DNA of 63,022 bases, filler included. It is 12 parts of 12 records of this genome, joined end to end, with 100 filler letters (N's around TTAATTAATTAA, not from the genome) between each part and the next. Parts side by side here need not be neighbours in the genome. Positions count along the whole stretch, not along the records: positions 51,281 to 55,355 come from SRR15195285_3739; positions 55,456 to 63,022 come from SRR15195285_3744; 10 more parts are not named here. One strand, given 5' to 3'. Shown here piece after piece: positions 53,241 through 63,022 of this stretch; the first letter of the stretch is position 1; each line of letters starts with the position of its first letter. The notes below the pieces were generated by a model. It saw only the letters and a list, made by a program, of their open reading frames with translations, did not search any database and was not told the origin of the DNA. The position numbers and the translations under genes are program-made.

Positions 53241-55355
53241 TCATCCATCCTTGAACTTCGTCATATCACTCGCGGACAAATAGATCGTCTTGAAGTATTG
53301 GAAAAACTCCGAGTCTGACACCCAAAAGACTCCATCGTCCACTCCAAGTGCTGGCTTCAAGGCATCTTTCACCTCAGGGTAGTGATCCCATCCTGGTCCA
53401 TCATCGTCCCACTGGCCCGATTCGAATTCTCCCTGACCCCAAGGGTTACGCACCTTCGCTAAGCTAAAGCTGGTACCGGCAACATTTTTGACGCAAGTGA
53501 GAACGGTATAGGCATGACCGTCGACTATCCCGTCTGTCGTCTCGGTGTCTGAGCCTGCCTTTGTCCCACACCCGATGATGTAGTTCTGCTCGTCCCACGC
53601 ACACATGCGATCAAACAGATCGTCTGCGCTGAGGGTTAGATCCATGTCGCCTCCTCCACCAACCATTGGCCACTTCATCGGCCACAACCCCGCCTTACTG
53701 TCATGTGGAGAATTTGCCAGCGTTTCCCACTTTTCGTTGTTAGGGTTGAACGCTCCAAAGCACTGGTAGCTCTGGCCATCATCACTGCTTTGAATCGTGT
53801 ACTGTTCCTTGCAGCCAGTCAGCATTGCCCAAGCATGAGTGCACTGCCCACCATCGATCTTGTCCCAGCCACCACAGTGCGCTGCAGCAGCCTTCTCAAG
53901 GTAGCATGGCCACAGTTCACCGTCTGTAGATGGCTTGCAGCCAAGTAAACCACTACCGTCCGCTCTCGCCGCAAGCCGTTCATCGACAACCACGTCCACT
54001 GGCTCAAAAGTTGAGAGCTCGTAGAGAGTGATGGTGTAGACGTTCGGCTCCTCCCTTGGCATCTGCTCAATGCCTGCCGTCTTCGCAAAGAGCCGCTTGA
54101 CTGCACCGTCGAATTCAGCCAATGCTGATATGGCACTCAGCAACCAGCAGTCGCCGACAGAACCTTGGCAAACGTCATTTGGATCAATATCTCCGATCAG
54201 CTTGAGGGCAGGCAGATCGCATATGCCGTGGCCACGCCCAGGCGCCAGGGGCTTGTTTTCCGCGTGGTGCAGTGTGATACCCTGGTAAGTCATGCTGTCG
54301 GTGAAGGCATCGATGGCATCAGCTGAATATACGTCGATGGGTGGCAGGCGCTCATATTCGGCGATGATAATTGTCATCCACCCGTCAGGTGCGACACCTG
54401 TTGGTTCGAAACCTTCCGTGCCTTTCCGTGAGATGAGCGTATACTTCTGCTGGTCCTCAGGCCAGCTCAGCATATCGGTTTGATAATAGACTGCAAGGAA
54501 CTTATCAGGGCGAGCCTTTAGAGCCTCCACACCTTCTGCCACTGGCTTGACCTCTTCTATTTTGTCGCCAAGACAAATGCTGCGAGTTCCACCCGAAAAC
54601 AAATGTTCCCTGAAGCGCCACTTGTCGGTATCCCAGCCTGAATCCGAGAGCTCTTGTTGGCTGCCATCGCCTGCCTCTGGTTCTGGATCAATGACAGGCT
54701 CTGGCAAAGGTATTTCCGGTTCTTCGGCCTCCAGCTCTTCTGCTGGTGGGTCCCGCGGAGTCGGAGGTGGCATAGCAGGTGGCGGCCCAAGCTCTACCTT
54801 TTTCACCTCAACGCCCTCTACGAAACAGTCTGCGATGATACAGTCTTCACTTAGCATCGTGTTCTTGACGTCGTCCTCAGGACTGCCGTGCGTCACGGAA
54901 TAGCGATGCAGAATACACTCAATGATCACACTTCCAGCGCGAATGGCCTTGATGTCAACCTGTTCGGTATCTATGCCAAGAACGTACGCTATATCTGACT
55001 TCGCATTATCCTCAAAGTCCGCGCGTTCCTTCGATTCCTCAGGAATCGTGTTGATATCCTTGTCGAGCCGCAGAGTCATTTCCAACTCATCAACACCAGA
55101 TAGACCAAACCTTTTCTGCTGATCGGCATACGCCTTTTGTGCTTGCACCCATCGTTCCTGTAGATCTGCGCACACCTCAAGTGCCTCTGGCAGTTGCATA
55201 GCCTCAGCGTAACGTTCGGCAGCGCGATCGTACTGCTTTATCCCCATAAGCCGATCGGCCTCTGCTACCGTTGCTTGCACAGCATCGCGCCGGTCTGCCG
55301 CCTCCGCCGCCGCATCTACGGCGGCAACCTCAGCAGCCGCCGCCTCTGCAGCAGC
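53241..55355 (-). CDS. Calpain-family cysteine protease (CysPc at C-terminus), 5'-truncated
   Basis: Catalytic triad QGSVGDCWLLSAI, GHAYTV, RNPWG; frame open to contig end. Confidence 0.92.
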   Translation of the reverse strand, partial: AAAEAAAAEVAAVDAAAEAADRRDAVQATVAEADRLMGIKQYDRAAERYAEAMQLPEALEVCADLQERWVQAQKAYADQQKRFGLSGVDELEMTLRLDKDINTIPEESKERADFEDNAKSDIAYVLGIDTEQVDIKAIRAGSVIIECILHRYSVTHGSPEDDVKNTMLSEDCIIADCFVEGVEVKKVELGPPPAMPPPTPRDPPAEELEAEEPEIPLPEPVIDPEPEAGDGSQQELSDSGWDTDKWRFREHLFSGGTRSICLGDKIEEVKPVAEGVEALKARPDKFLAVYYQTDMLSWPEDQQKYTLISRKGTEGFEPTGVAPDGWMTIIIAEYERLPPIDVYSADAIDAFTDSMTYQGITLHHAENKPLAPGRGHGICDLPALKLIGDIDPNDVCQGSVGDCWLLSAISALAEFDGAVKRLFAKTAGIEQMPREEPNVYTITLYELSTFEPVDVVVDERLAARADGSGLLGCKPSTDGELWPCYLEKAAAAHCGGWDKIDGGQCTHAWAMLTGCKEQYTIQSSDDGQSYQCFGAFNPNNEKWETLANSPHDSKAGLWPMKWPMVGGGGDMDLTLSADDLFDRMCAWDEQNYIIGCGTKAGSDTETTDGIVDGHAYTVLTCVKNVAGTSFSLAKVRNPWGQGEFESGQWDDDGPGWDHYPEVKDALKPALGVDDGVFWVSDSEFFQYFKTIYLSASDMTKFKDG

Positions 55356-55455
55356 NNNNNNNNNNNNNNNNNNNNNNNNNNNNNNNNNNNNNNNNNNNNT
55401 TAATTAATTAANNNNNNNNNNNNNNNNNNNNNNNNNNNNNNNNNNNNNNNNNNNN

Positions 55456-55516
55456 AGGGCAAGAAGGGCAAGAAGGGCAAGAAAGGAAAAAAGGGCAAGA
55501 AAGGCAAGAAGGGCAA
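55456..55516 (+). repeat. Coding 9-bp minisatellite encoding (GKK)n
   Basis: (ggcaagaag)-type units encoding GKKGKKGKK. Confidence 0.85.
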
Positions 55517-58500
55517 AGATAAGGGCAAGAAAGACAAGGAAGTTGCAGAGGATCCTGAACCAGAGGCCGAACCCGAGCCCGAGCTGAGTCCAGAGGAACA
55601 GGAAGAATTGGATCGTCAGAAGGAAGAGGCTGAGAAGCGTGAAAAGATGCGGGAGGTTTTTGACGAGATTGACATCGACAAAGGCGGGACGCTTGACCAG
55701 GAGGAAATCGGACGCATGTCGACACTGCTCGGCATTCCAATGAGCAAGGGCGAGCTAGAACAAGCTATGATTGAGATGGATGAAGATGGTAGTGGAGAAG
55801 TGGACTTTGAAGAATTTGCGGCGTGGTGGCCAAAGCTAGAAGGCAAGAATGAAGCGCTCATGAATGCCCTGCAGAACCAGCTGGAAGGCATCGACGTTCC
55901 AGTGAAGTTCGAAGATGCTACTATGACTCTTACGATCGTGCCGCAGGACATGATCAGAGGTCCTGGGCCGCGGCCTTCACGAGGATCGGCAACTGGGTCC
56001 TCCACAGCCTCTAGTGCCGGGAGCAGAACAACAGGCGGCTCGAGGGACTTCGTCTTTGCTTGGGATCCGCCTGATGTCGACGCCTCGCTGCGAACCGGAG
56101 ACAAGCAGGGCATATATCAAAGTCAAGAGGAACGGATTGCAGCTAGGCGGGTGATGCTGGAGTGGGCGATGCTCGCCAACACCGACACTGGCAGCGGCGG
56201 GGGAACATTTGCGCATGCTAGCAGGTTTGTCGAGGAGATCATGCCACACAAAATCGCATTTGACACAGCGGATGAAGTTGCCAAAGCTGCTCGTAAAGTG
56301 GCAGAAAAGGCCGTGCGAATATTGGAGAAGCATTGCTCGGAAGCAGCCGCGCTGAAGCAGCGATCAACTCAGCGCATGCTCATTGACCGAGAATCGATCC
56401 GGCTAACGATCGAGCGCAGCCGTGCGGTCAGCAGCATGAATGCTTTGCAGCATGCTCGAGCTGCACAGGCGGTAGCACAGCGCACCTGCATTGCTCTAGA
56501 ACGTTGCATTTCTGAGTTCGTGGATACAATTGGTCGCGCGGCACCAGGAGAGGACCTGGCCGATCTGCGTGGCGACGTGCGTGCGGACGAAGCTGGTCCG
56601 TTGCATGCCCTACAGAGTGCCGACTACAACTACTCCGCAATTAAATCTAGCGCTATCCGCCACTCTGGCGCGGCAGCATATGCGCAGGATCCTGACACTG
56701 GTTTGGTCGTCCCGGGTATGATCGCGCGTAAGTTGGACGACGCTAAACGGGAGGCAGATAACATGTTTGATAATGCACGGTCTGCCCGCGCGGCGGTACA
56801 GAATGCCAAGGTCGAATTGGCAGTGGTGCACGAGAAATTGCGCATCCTTGACAGAATTGGCACTACCCGCCCGCGAACTCCAGATGAAATGCTGGTCTTG
56901 AAACACTCTATCGAGCGTGATCTCGTGCTGGCACAGAATGCTACATCTGGTAATCTGCGTGAGCTCGCAGAGCGCTGCGAAAAGGCCAAAGATGACGCCG
57001 AGACAGCCGGTGGTCAACTTGCCGTCCTGAGAAAGCTTGCTCGTGGAGTAGTGGACGACCCGGATCCAGACGGGCTTGGCCTGGCGAGACTAGACTTTCT
57101 AAAAGAAATGGCAGAGGCTGCGCTACTTGTGGCGTCACAACAAGGTGCGACGTGGAAGAAGACAAAACTGTGCCGAGAGATATACCGCCATGCAGGGCGG
57201 TTAGACTCTGTATGGCAGCTACAAGCGGCGCTACGTGCAATGTCAAACGCTGATCGCGATCGTGTCAAAGAAGAGATTATGAAGCTTTTAGACATCGCGA
57301 AGGACGAGGAGATCAGGGCTCGAAATGTGCGTGGCAGTGACCATCGTGTAGCTGCAGCTGTTGCTGCGATCACCAAGCTGTACAACGATAGTCACGAAAT
57401 GATCGGTGGACTCGAGGCACTGCAAACAATTTCACTAGAACGCGAAACTTTGCCGAAGCAGCTCGCGGAACGCGGAATTGATGCAGCAGCTGTCATCATG
57501 CCTGGTCTGGAGGCACCACGACAGGCGATTCTGCAGCTCGAGATCCAGCAAAAGCTTCAGCTCAGGCGCATGCACTCAGAGGTTGCAGTTGCAAAGATGA
57601 AGTTTGAGATATTCTCGGCTGCCGTGAAGCAGCTAACAAAGCAGAAAAAGGATGCTGACCAAGCGCTGAAGGACTGTGTTGCGAAATGCAAGAAGAAAGG
57701 CTCTCTGCACCTGGAGTTGTGGGATCCCAACTTGCACGAGCTGGAGGAGCATTTTGTGCAGGTCTGGGCTACTATGGAAGCTGGTAAAATCGCTTGGTAC
57801 AGGGATGCCAAGCTAAGCGAGATCGATTACACCGCAAATTTGACTGGATGCCGGGTAGTTTGCGCGTACGATGCCGAGATGGAAGGTCCAGGTGGTGGAC
57901 GGTTACCGCCACCACCACCTGCGCCTGACAGCGACGAACAAGCGGAAGAGGAGCAAGACGACACCCCGAAGCTCAACCTTCGATTTACTTTTCATGTCGA
58001 GCTGGACCGCGATCTCAATCCTCCTGTGCCATTGCTGCTTAACCCTCGCCAATCGATCAAGGGACTCACGTTGGAAGCACCAGGAAGTCGGCCAAGCTCG
58101 AGAGCATCCACTCGGTCCCGCCCATCGACAGCTTTGACAGGTTCTCGTCCGAATACCTCAGCCGCGGAAGGCACTCGCCCTGATTCAAACAACGGATCTC
58201 GTCCTGGCTCAAAGGCCAGATCAGGTAAGAAAGACGGTGATGCAGAGGATGAGGACGAGGAGCCGCCACCGTTTTTTGATCGAATTGGCGAGCCACCACC
58301 TACCGGACAGTACAACATGGCGATTACCATTTCGGACGACAATCAGAAGCAGTGGAACAAAGCTCAGCAGGAGATGAATGCGTGGGTAGAGGCGTTTGAA
58401 TACAATGGACGGTACGAACTAGATCTTGTCCCGCTGCAAGCGGAGCACGTCAAAGCAAAAGAACGTTTGAAAGGCCCTGCCATGGATTTCCTTGGCATGG

Positions 58501-61500
58501 AGCAGGAAGTAGAAATTGCCATGAGAATGGAAGATCTCGAACAAAGACACGCTGAGGAAGAGATGCAAGCTGCGGTTGACACCCACAATGAAGCTCAGAT
58601 TGAGCTGTACGTGCCGGTACAGGAGGAGCGGGACCACGCGCTTGGTGAAGCACAGGAACACACAGCACATAATGAGACCATGTTTGGCAAGTCGATTTGG
58701 GAATTGATTGTCGCAGGGGGTGACCCAGTACCAGAGGGCGCCGTTGAAACGGAAAAGGCTCGTGCTGAAAAACAGCTTCAGCAAGCACAGAATGAGTTTG
58801 CTACAGACCGAATGGCAGATTGGCAGGCATTCGCCTCACTAGGACGGCAAGACATACTACAGAAGTTGTTGCCGCTGCTCGACGACTATGAGCTTGACCT
58901 CTATGTTTCTGACAAGGATGGAGTGGCTGACGTGGTCGATTCGTTTTTGAGTTTGCTTGCGCGTAGCGACGGTCTGGTTGTGTGCTGTGCCATTGAAGGT
59001 CTTGGCCGTCTTGCAGTACATGAGCATTGGCGTCAGCACCTCGCTCCTATCGTTGAGATGCTCCTGCATATCCTTGCTGCAGATTTTCAAGCGTGCACCC
59101 GAGAGTGTGCTGGTGTTTTACGACTGCTGTCCAGTGACCGTTGCTGCCGCGATGCTATCAAACGAGGACATTTTACGGTCAAGCAATGGTGGACAAGACC
59201 TCTGGACGTAGGGAGTGACGCAGTTGTTCGGGCGTGCGTCGCCTGCGCACTGGTGCGTGTCGCAGCAGATTCTAGGATGGACAAGTCTGCGAGCAACGCC
59301 CAGAGTGAGCACGGTGGTGCGGACAGCTCGGGCAAAGGCATATCGTCTGAATATGTTGTTGAGCCCTTACCAGAGTGGGCCGAGCTTGCAGTCCACACCC
59401 TCACGCAGGTCCATTCCGACATTGGGTCCAAGCCGGGTGATGTTACAGCACTGATGCATCTGCTGCATGGAAAGTTGGGCAATCCTAGTACTGATCGTGT
59501 GCTCTCGATCCTTTTTGCGGTTTCCCATGAGTACCCATCGGCGTGCTACGTGGAGGCAGTCAAGGCAACACCTGGCGTCAAGGCACTGGCTGGAATTCTT
59601 GCCGACAGGCTTCCGGTTGACGTGAGGCAGACCAAGGTCAACGACGTGATCCGCACCCGCGGTGCACTCCAGCACGCCGAAGCTGAACTTGCACTCGCAC
59701 GGCGTTGCGCCCAGGAAGCGCATGAAGAGCGTGACAGGATGGATGCGCTGCCACGACGAGCAGGCTGGGTCATGTTACGCAGGATTGATGATCCCGCTGC
59801 ACTCGAGAAGCTATCTGAGGAGGTGACCTATATGGCCACACGGCTTGCAGCAGGCAAAAAAGGCCAGGCGGCGGAGGAGCTCGAGACAGAGTTTAAGAAG
59901 AAAAAGAAGAAGCTGCAGAAGATGAATGCTACGATGTGGAAGCGCGTCTGGGCTGTTCTTGAAGAGGGCCGCGCCATGCTCTGGGAGCGAGTCGATCCTA
60001 CCAATGGTGTCGGTAGTGGCCAGGTCGAGATTGTGGAACTCGGCGGCAGTGCTGTAGACTTTGCTACACCCATACCACTGCTGCAGCCGTTGCCACCTGC
60101 AGCCGTGGGCGCCCCTGGGCCTACATGTAGCTCTGCAGGCAGCGACGTAAGTGAGGCGTGGTCGCCCGGCAGCCGTCCTGGAACAGTATCAGATGTGGAC
60201 GATGACTCGCGGCCAGGAACGGCACTGTCGATGATTTCTGTCGATAGCCATCTGGATGCGACTGGCGACTCCTTCACAAGTGAATTGGATACGCAGCTTG
60301 GGCAGTCGATGGGCCGAAATCCTAATCGACTACGCATAGCTATTGGGGCGGTCCGTGCTGTGACCCGCATGAATGTTGCTGCCTCTCGGGCTGCCGCAGC
60401 TGCTGCCGTCGATGCCGTGCTGGAAGCTGCGGAGGAGGCTGCTGCGTCTGAGGAGGCCGACGCGCTGCAGGGTGTGCGAGGCCCAGAGCCAGAGGAGAGT
60501 GTCAAGCGTAAGGGCAAGTCACGCGAGCTCAAACCCAATGAGCAGAAACGACTGGACGAGATGCTGGAGCTTGAGCCACGGGGCTCCCCGTTCCTCTTTG
60601 ATCTAAACCTAGAAGCCGTCAGCAGCAGCGGCGACCTGTGTTACAACCTAGCGAGCGACGGTGCAGCCATCAATGACCATGAGCAGGCAATCAAGAAACT
60701 GCAGATGCGGATGGAACGCCGCAACAAAACAGGCTCAAAAGCTGGGAGCTCGAAAGCTGGGTCGCGGGCTGGGCGTTCACAGCGTGCTGCCTCGCCTGTC
60801 TCGAGTGCAGGGGGCCGTAGCAGCAATGCTGGCAGCAAAAGCACTCGACTGAGTCAGTTCTCAGATGTGACCCAGGAGGGTGAAGATGACGTCGGGGATC
60901 GGGCTGACCTGTCTGCCTTGCAGCAAGAAGTGGAGGCGGCGCTTGAATCTGCACTGGTGACTGCGGAACAGGAGCGTATTGAGTGGATGCGTGTGCTGCA
61001 GCGAGCCAGTAAGTGGAATCCTCGCGCAATGCGACGCCTAGAGGAAGCTGCTGAGATTGCTGACCGACAGCTGGCTGAGGCCGAGTCAGTGCACGCCACC
61101 GCCGTGGAGGCAGCAGAGCGGGCGAGTCAAGCCTACGAGACGCTGGAAAACGGCTGGCGTGGCTGCAAGCAATTGATCTATGGTATCAGTACGGTGACAA
61201 GACCGAGTGGCAAAACTGCTTTGGTTGACGCTGGGATAATCCGCACGCTCTTACAGATGTGGCAAGAAGAGGAGAAGACGACTGCTGGGGCCGAACAGGG
61301 CGCGGAGGGCGGAGACGAAAAGGCAGCAAGAGGGGAAGAGCTGCTCTGGGCGGTTAGCATGCTGGATGAACTCATTCGCACCTCTTCTGGACGCTGCGAT
61401 GCGTACGTCAGAACAGGTGGAGTGGAGGTGCTAACTGCCGCCATCTCAGGGCAGCAGCAGAAGGCAGCAGCTGCAGCGCGGGAACAACTGGCCAGGGAGG

Positions 61501-62423
61501 AAGCGGAGGCCGAGGAGGCTGAGAGGGCTGCGGCAAAAGAGTTTGCGGAAGCAGAAGAAGCACAAAGGCAGGCGGAGGCCGAATGGGAGGACGTTGTGCG
61601 TGCGAAGGAGGAGCTGGCTGCGGCTGAGGCCGAGGCCGAGCAGGCCAACGCTTCGGGCAGCAAAGCAGACAAGAAAGCTGCTGCGCTCAAAGTGGTGGCA
61701 GCGAAGGAAGCTGTTGAGCGCGAGGTCGCCGAGGCGGAGCAGGCTGCTGAGGATGCGCGCCGAGAGAAAGAGGAAGCAGAAGAGGCCGCAGCCGCGGCTG
61801 CGCAAGAAAAGGCTGAGGCAGCTGCGGCAAGGGAGCAGTTGGAGCAAGTGGAGGCCGACGAGGACGCTGACGACGAGTGGCTCGCCGCAGATGTGGAGCG
61901 ACAGCGTGCCGACCGCGAGATTGCGGAGGCCGAAGAGGCCGCGCAGCGCGCCAAGCTGGAAGCGAAGGACGTCGAGGTGGCGCGCCAGGACTTGGCGGAA
62001 GCTGAGGCTTGGCTGGCATCTGCTACGAACGAGAAGGTCCTCGTCCAGGCGCAAGCAGCTGTGGATGAAGCCCGCGGCCGCCTGGCGAGGGAGGAACAGG
62101 AAGCACGGGGGGCAATGCTTGCGGCCGAGCAGGAACAGGCGGAAGCCGAGGAGGAGCGTCTGCGGATTGACCGACTGGCCGAGGACATTGAGGAGCAGAG
62201 AGCCGCGAAACTCGCGCGCGAGGCTGAAGATGCTGCGTCTGCGGAAGAGCTCGCAGCGGAGGCTGTGGAGACATCCGCTGCTTACCTGACGGCTCTGGAA
62301 GATGCGAAAGCGCTGGAAGCTCAAGCAAGCGATCGCTTGGCTGCAGCGAGGGCAAAACTTGCCCAAGCAGAGATGAAGGAGCGAGAGCGGAAACGGCGCA
62401 AGCTACCCTTGCCAACCACGTAA
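55458..62423 (+). CDS. Giant EF-hand / PH-like / ARM-like / coiled-coil protein, 5'-truncated
   Basis: >2300-codon open frame; EF loops DIDKGGTLDQEE and DEDGSGEVDFEE; PH-like KKGSL..W and RAGWV..WKRVWAVL; ARM-like helices; Ala/Glu coiled coil. Confidence 0.75.
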   Translation, partial: GKKGKKGKKGKKGKKGKKGKDKGKKDKEVAEDPEPEAEPEPELSPEEQEELDRQKEEAEKREKMREVFDEIDIDKGGTLDQEEIGRMSTLLGIPMSKGELEQAMIEMDEDGSGEVDFEEFAAWWPKLEGKNEALMNALQNQLEGIDVPVKFEDATMTLTIVPQDMIRGPGPRPSRGSATGSSTASSAGSRTTGGSRDFVFAWDPPDVDASLRTGDKQGIYQSQEERIAARRVMLEWAMLANTDTGSGGGTFAHASRFVEEIMPHKIAFDTADEVAKAARKVAEKAVRILEKHCSEAAALKQRSTQRMLIDRESIRLTIERSRAVSSMNALQHARAAQAVAQRTCIALERCISEFVDTIGRAAPGEDLADLRGDVRADEAGPLHALQSADYNYSAIKSSAIRHSGAAAYAQDPDTGLVVPGMIARKLDDAKREADNMFDNARSARAAVQNAKVELAVVHEKLRILDRIGTTRPRTPDEMLVLKHSIERDLVLAQNATSGNLRELAERCEKAKDDAETAGGQLAVLRKLARGVVDDPDPDGLGLARLDFLKEMAEAALLVASQQGATWKKTKLCREIYRHAGRLDSVWQLQAALRAMSNADRDRVKEEIMKLLDIAKDEEIRARNVRGSDHRVAAAVAAITKLYNDSHEMIGGLEALQTISLERETLPKQLAERGIDAAAVIMPGLEAPRQAILQLEIQQKLQLRRMHSEVAVAKMKFEIFSAAVKQLTKQKKDADQALKDCVAKCKKKGSLHLELWDPNLHELEEHFVQVWATMEAGKIAWYRDAKLSEIDYTANLTGCRVVCAYDAEMEGPGGGRLPPPPPAPDSDEQAEEEQDDTPKLNLRFTFHVELDRDLNPPVPLLLNPRQSIKGLTLEAPGSRPSSRASTRSRPSTALTGSRPNTSAAEGTRPDSNNGSRPGSKARSGKKDGDAEDEDEEPPPFFDRIGEPPPTGQYNMAITISDDNQKQWNKAQQEMNAWVEAFEYNGRYELDLVPLQAEHVKAKERLKGPAMDFLGMEQEVEIAMRMEDLEQRHAEEEMQAAVDTHNEAQIELYVPVQEERDHALGEAQEHTAHNETMFGKSIWELIVAGGDPVPEGAVETEKARAEKQLQQAQNEFATDRMADWQAFASLGRQDILQKLLPLLDDYELDLYVSDKDGVADVVDSFLSLLARSDGLVVCCAIEGLGRLAVHEHWRQHLAPIVEMLLHILAADFQACTRECAGVLRLLSSDRCCRDAIKRGHFTVKQWWTRPLDVGSDAVVRACVACALVRVAADSRMDKSASNAQSEHGGADSSGKGISSEYVVEPLPEWAELAVHTLTQVHSDIGSKPGDVTALMHLLHGKLGNPSTDRVLSILFAVSHEYPSACYVEAVKATPGVKALAGILADRLPVDVRQTKVNDVIRTRGALQHAEAELALARRCAQEAHEERDRMDALPRRAGWVMLRRIDDPAALEKLSEEVTYMATRLAAGKKGQAAEELETEFKKKKKKLQKMNATMWKRVWAVLEEGRAMLWERVDPTNGVGSGQVEIVELGGSAVDFATPIPLLQPLPPAAVGAPGPTCSSAGSDVSEAWSPGSRPGTVSDVDDDSRPGTALSMISVDSHLDATGDSFTSELDTQLGQSMGRNPNRLRIAIGAVRAVTRMNVAASRAAAAAAVDAVLEAAEEAAASEEADALQGVRGPEPEESVKRKGKSRELKPNEQKRLDEMLELEPRGSPFLFDLNLEAVSSSGDLCYNLASDGAAINDHEQAIKKLQMRMERRNKTGSKAGSSKAGSRAGRSQRAASPVSSAGGRSSNAGSKSTRLSQFSDVTQEGEDDVGDRADLSALQQEVEAALESALVTAEQERIEWMRVLQRASKWNPRAMRRLEEAAEIADRQLAEAESVHATAVEAAERASQAYETLENGWRGCKQLIYGISTVTRPSGKTALVDAGIIRTLLQMWQEEEKTTAGAEQGAEGGDEKAARGEELLWAVSMLDELIRTSSGRCDAYVRTGGVEVLTAAISGQQQKAAAAAREQLAREEAEAEEAERAAAKEFAEAEEAQRQAEAEWEDVVRAKEELAAAEAEAEQANASGSKADKKAAALKVVAAKEAVEREVAEAEQAAEDARREKEEAEEAAAAAAQEKAEAAAAREQLEQVEADEDADDEWLAADVERQRADREIAEAEEAAQRAKLEAKDVEVARQDLAEAEAWLASATNEKVLVQAQAAVDEARGRLAREEQEARGAMLAAEQEQAEAEEERLRIDRLAEDIEEQRAAKLAREAEDAASAEELAAEAVETSAAYLTALEDAKALEAQASDRLAAARAKLAQAEMKERERKRRKLPLPTT

Positions 62424-62659
62424 GCGAGTGAGTCTGGTGCAACGCGTAGAACTCGAAGTTGAACAATGGAGCCACCAGCGACGTTCCGTGTCAGCCCCGA
62501 GGTGGCGAAGGTGACTCCCACATTCATCTTCTCGAGACCGCATCTTTGTGCCAACAATATAAGCATCGGCCAACGCGTGCGCACACGACTAGAACTATTG
62601 CTCATGCTAGCCAAGCGACGACTGCGTCAAACGCCAGCACGACACCGTGGGCACACTTA

Positions 62660-63022
62660 CTAGAGTTCGGCGGCTCTTCTTGCATCGACTCCCGTTCTCC
62701 CATTCACAATCTCGCCCACCCCACGGTCCACCAATCCAATTCGAATAGTAGGGAACAGCGGATACCAATCCAGGCCATCTGATTTTTTGATCGTGCCATC
62801 CGGGCATCGCGACCCACCGGTACGGCCCGGCGTACTGAGTCGCGCTGACGAGAAGAGTGATCCCGACCCGAAGCGCCGGGATATTTCGGAAGGGCTGAAT
62901 GCTCGTGCCTCTTCCTCCTTCGACTCCTGCAGCCTGCTTCTCAGCTGCTCCAACGACGTGCTCAGAGGGCGGGTTGGACCCGTTGGGAGTACGAAAAACT
63001 CACTGAGAACTGCAGTGCACCC
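62660..63022 (-). CDS. 3' end of an unidentified coiled-coil gene
   Basis: LEQLRSRLQESKEEEAR; convergent with the giant ORF; truncated by window end. Confidence 0.35.
   Translation of the reverse strand, partial: GCTAVLSEFFVLPTGPTRPLSTSLEQLRSRLQESKEEEARAFSPSEISRRFGSGSLFSSARLSTPGRTGGSRCPDGTIKKSDGLDWYPLFPTIRIGLVDRGVGEIVNGRTGVDARRAAEL

Noticed and set aside
61178-62366. Long antisense and alternate-frame ORFs over the coiled-coil tail (and many similar shadow ORFs)
   Set aside because: By-products of GC-rich Ala/Glu codon usage on the coding strand.
1-63022. tRNA, rRNA, alternative genetic code, introner-type repeated introns
   Set aside because: None recognised by eye; long ORFs translate in the standard code and the introns examined are GT-AG and mutually dissimilar.

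Overview
The window is not one locus. It is 12 short contigs joined by eleven artificial 100-nt linkers (N-run + TTAATTAATTAA + N-run), so only neighbours within a contig are truly linked. The DNA is from a gene-dense, GC-rich unicellular eukaryote using the standard code and short GT-AG introns. Recognisable genes: a CNBD/EF-hand K+ channel, an EamA transporter, an ankyrin-XK membrane protein, a divergent GH27/GH67 pair, a PhyH dioxygenase, cytochrome c, RPS24, a glomulin/ALF4-like protein, a Cys-rich EF-hand membrane protein, a GH39 iduronidase-like enzyme, a SAM methyltransferase, a RING-CH ligase, an ankyrin-TRP channel, an Sfi1-like protein, a DUF2961-like protein, a Deg protease, a calpain and a giant EF/PH/ARM protein. 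The two strongest observations are (1) a ~1.2-kb intronless insert at 26088-27332 carrying tandem, truncated major- and minor-capsid-like ORFs of a Polinton-like virus, and (2) a 4-nt microexon (32320-32323) needed to keep the GH39 gene in frame. All family calls come from motif recognition by eye; no database search was run.
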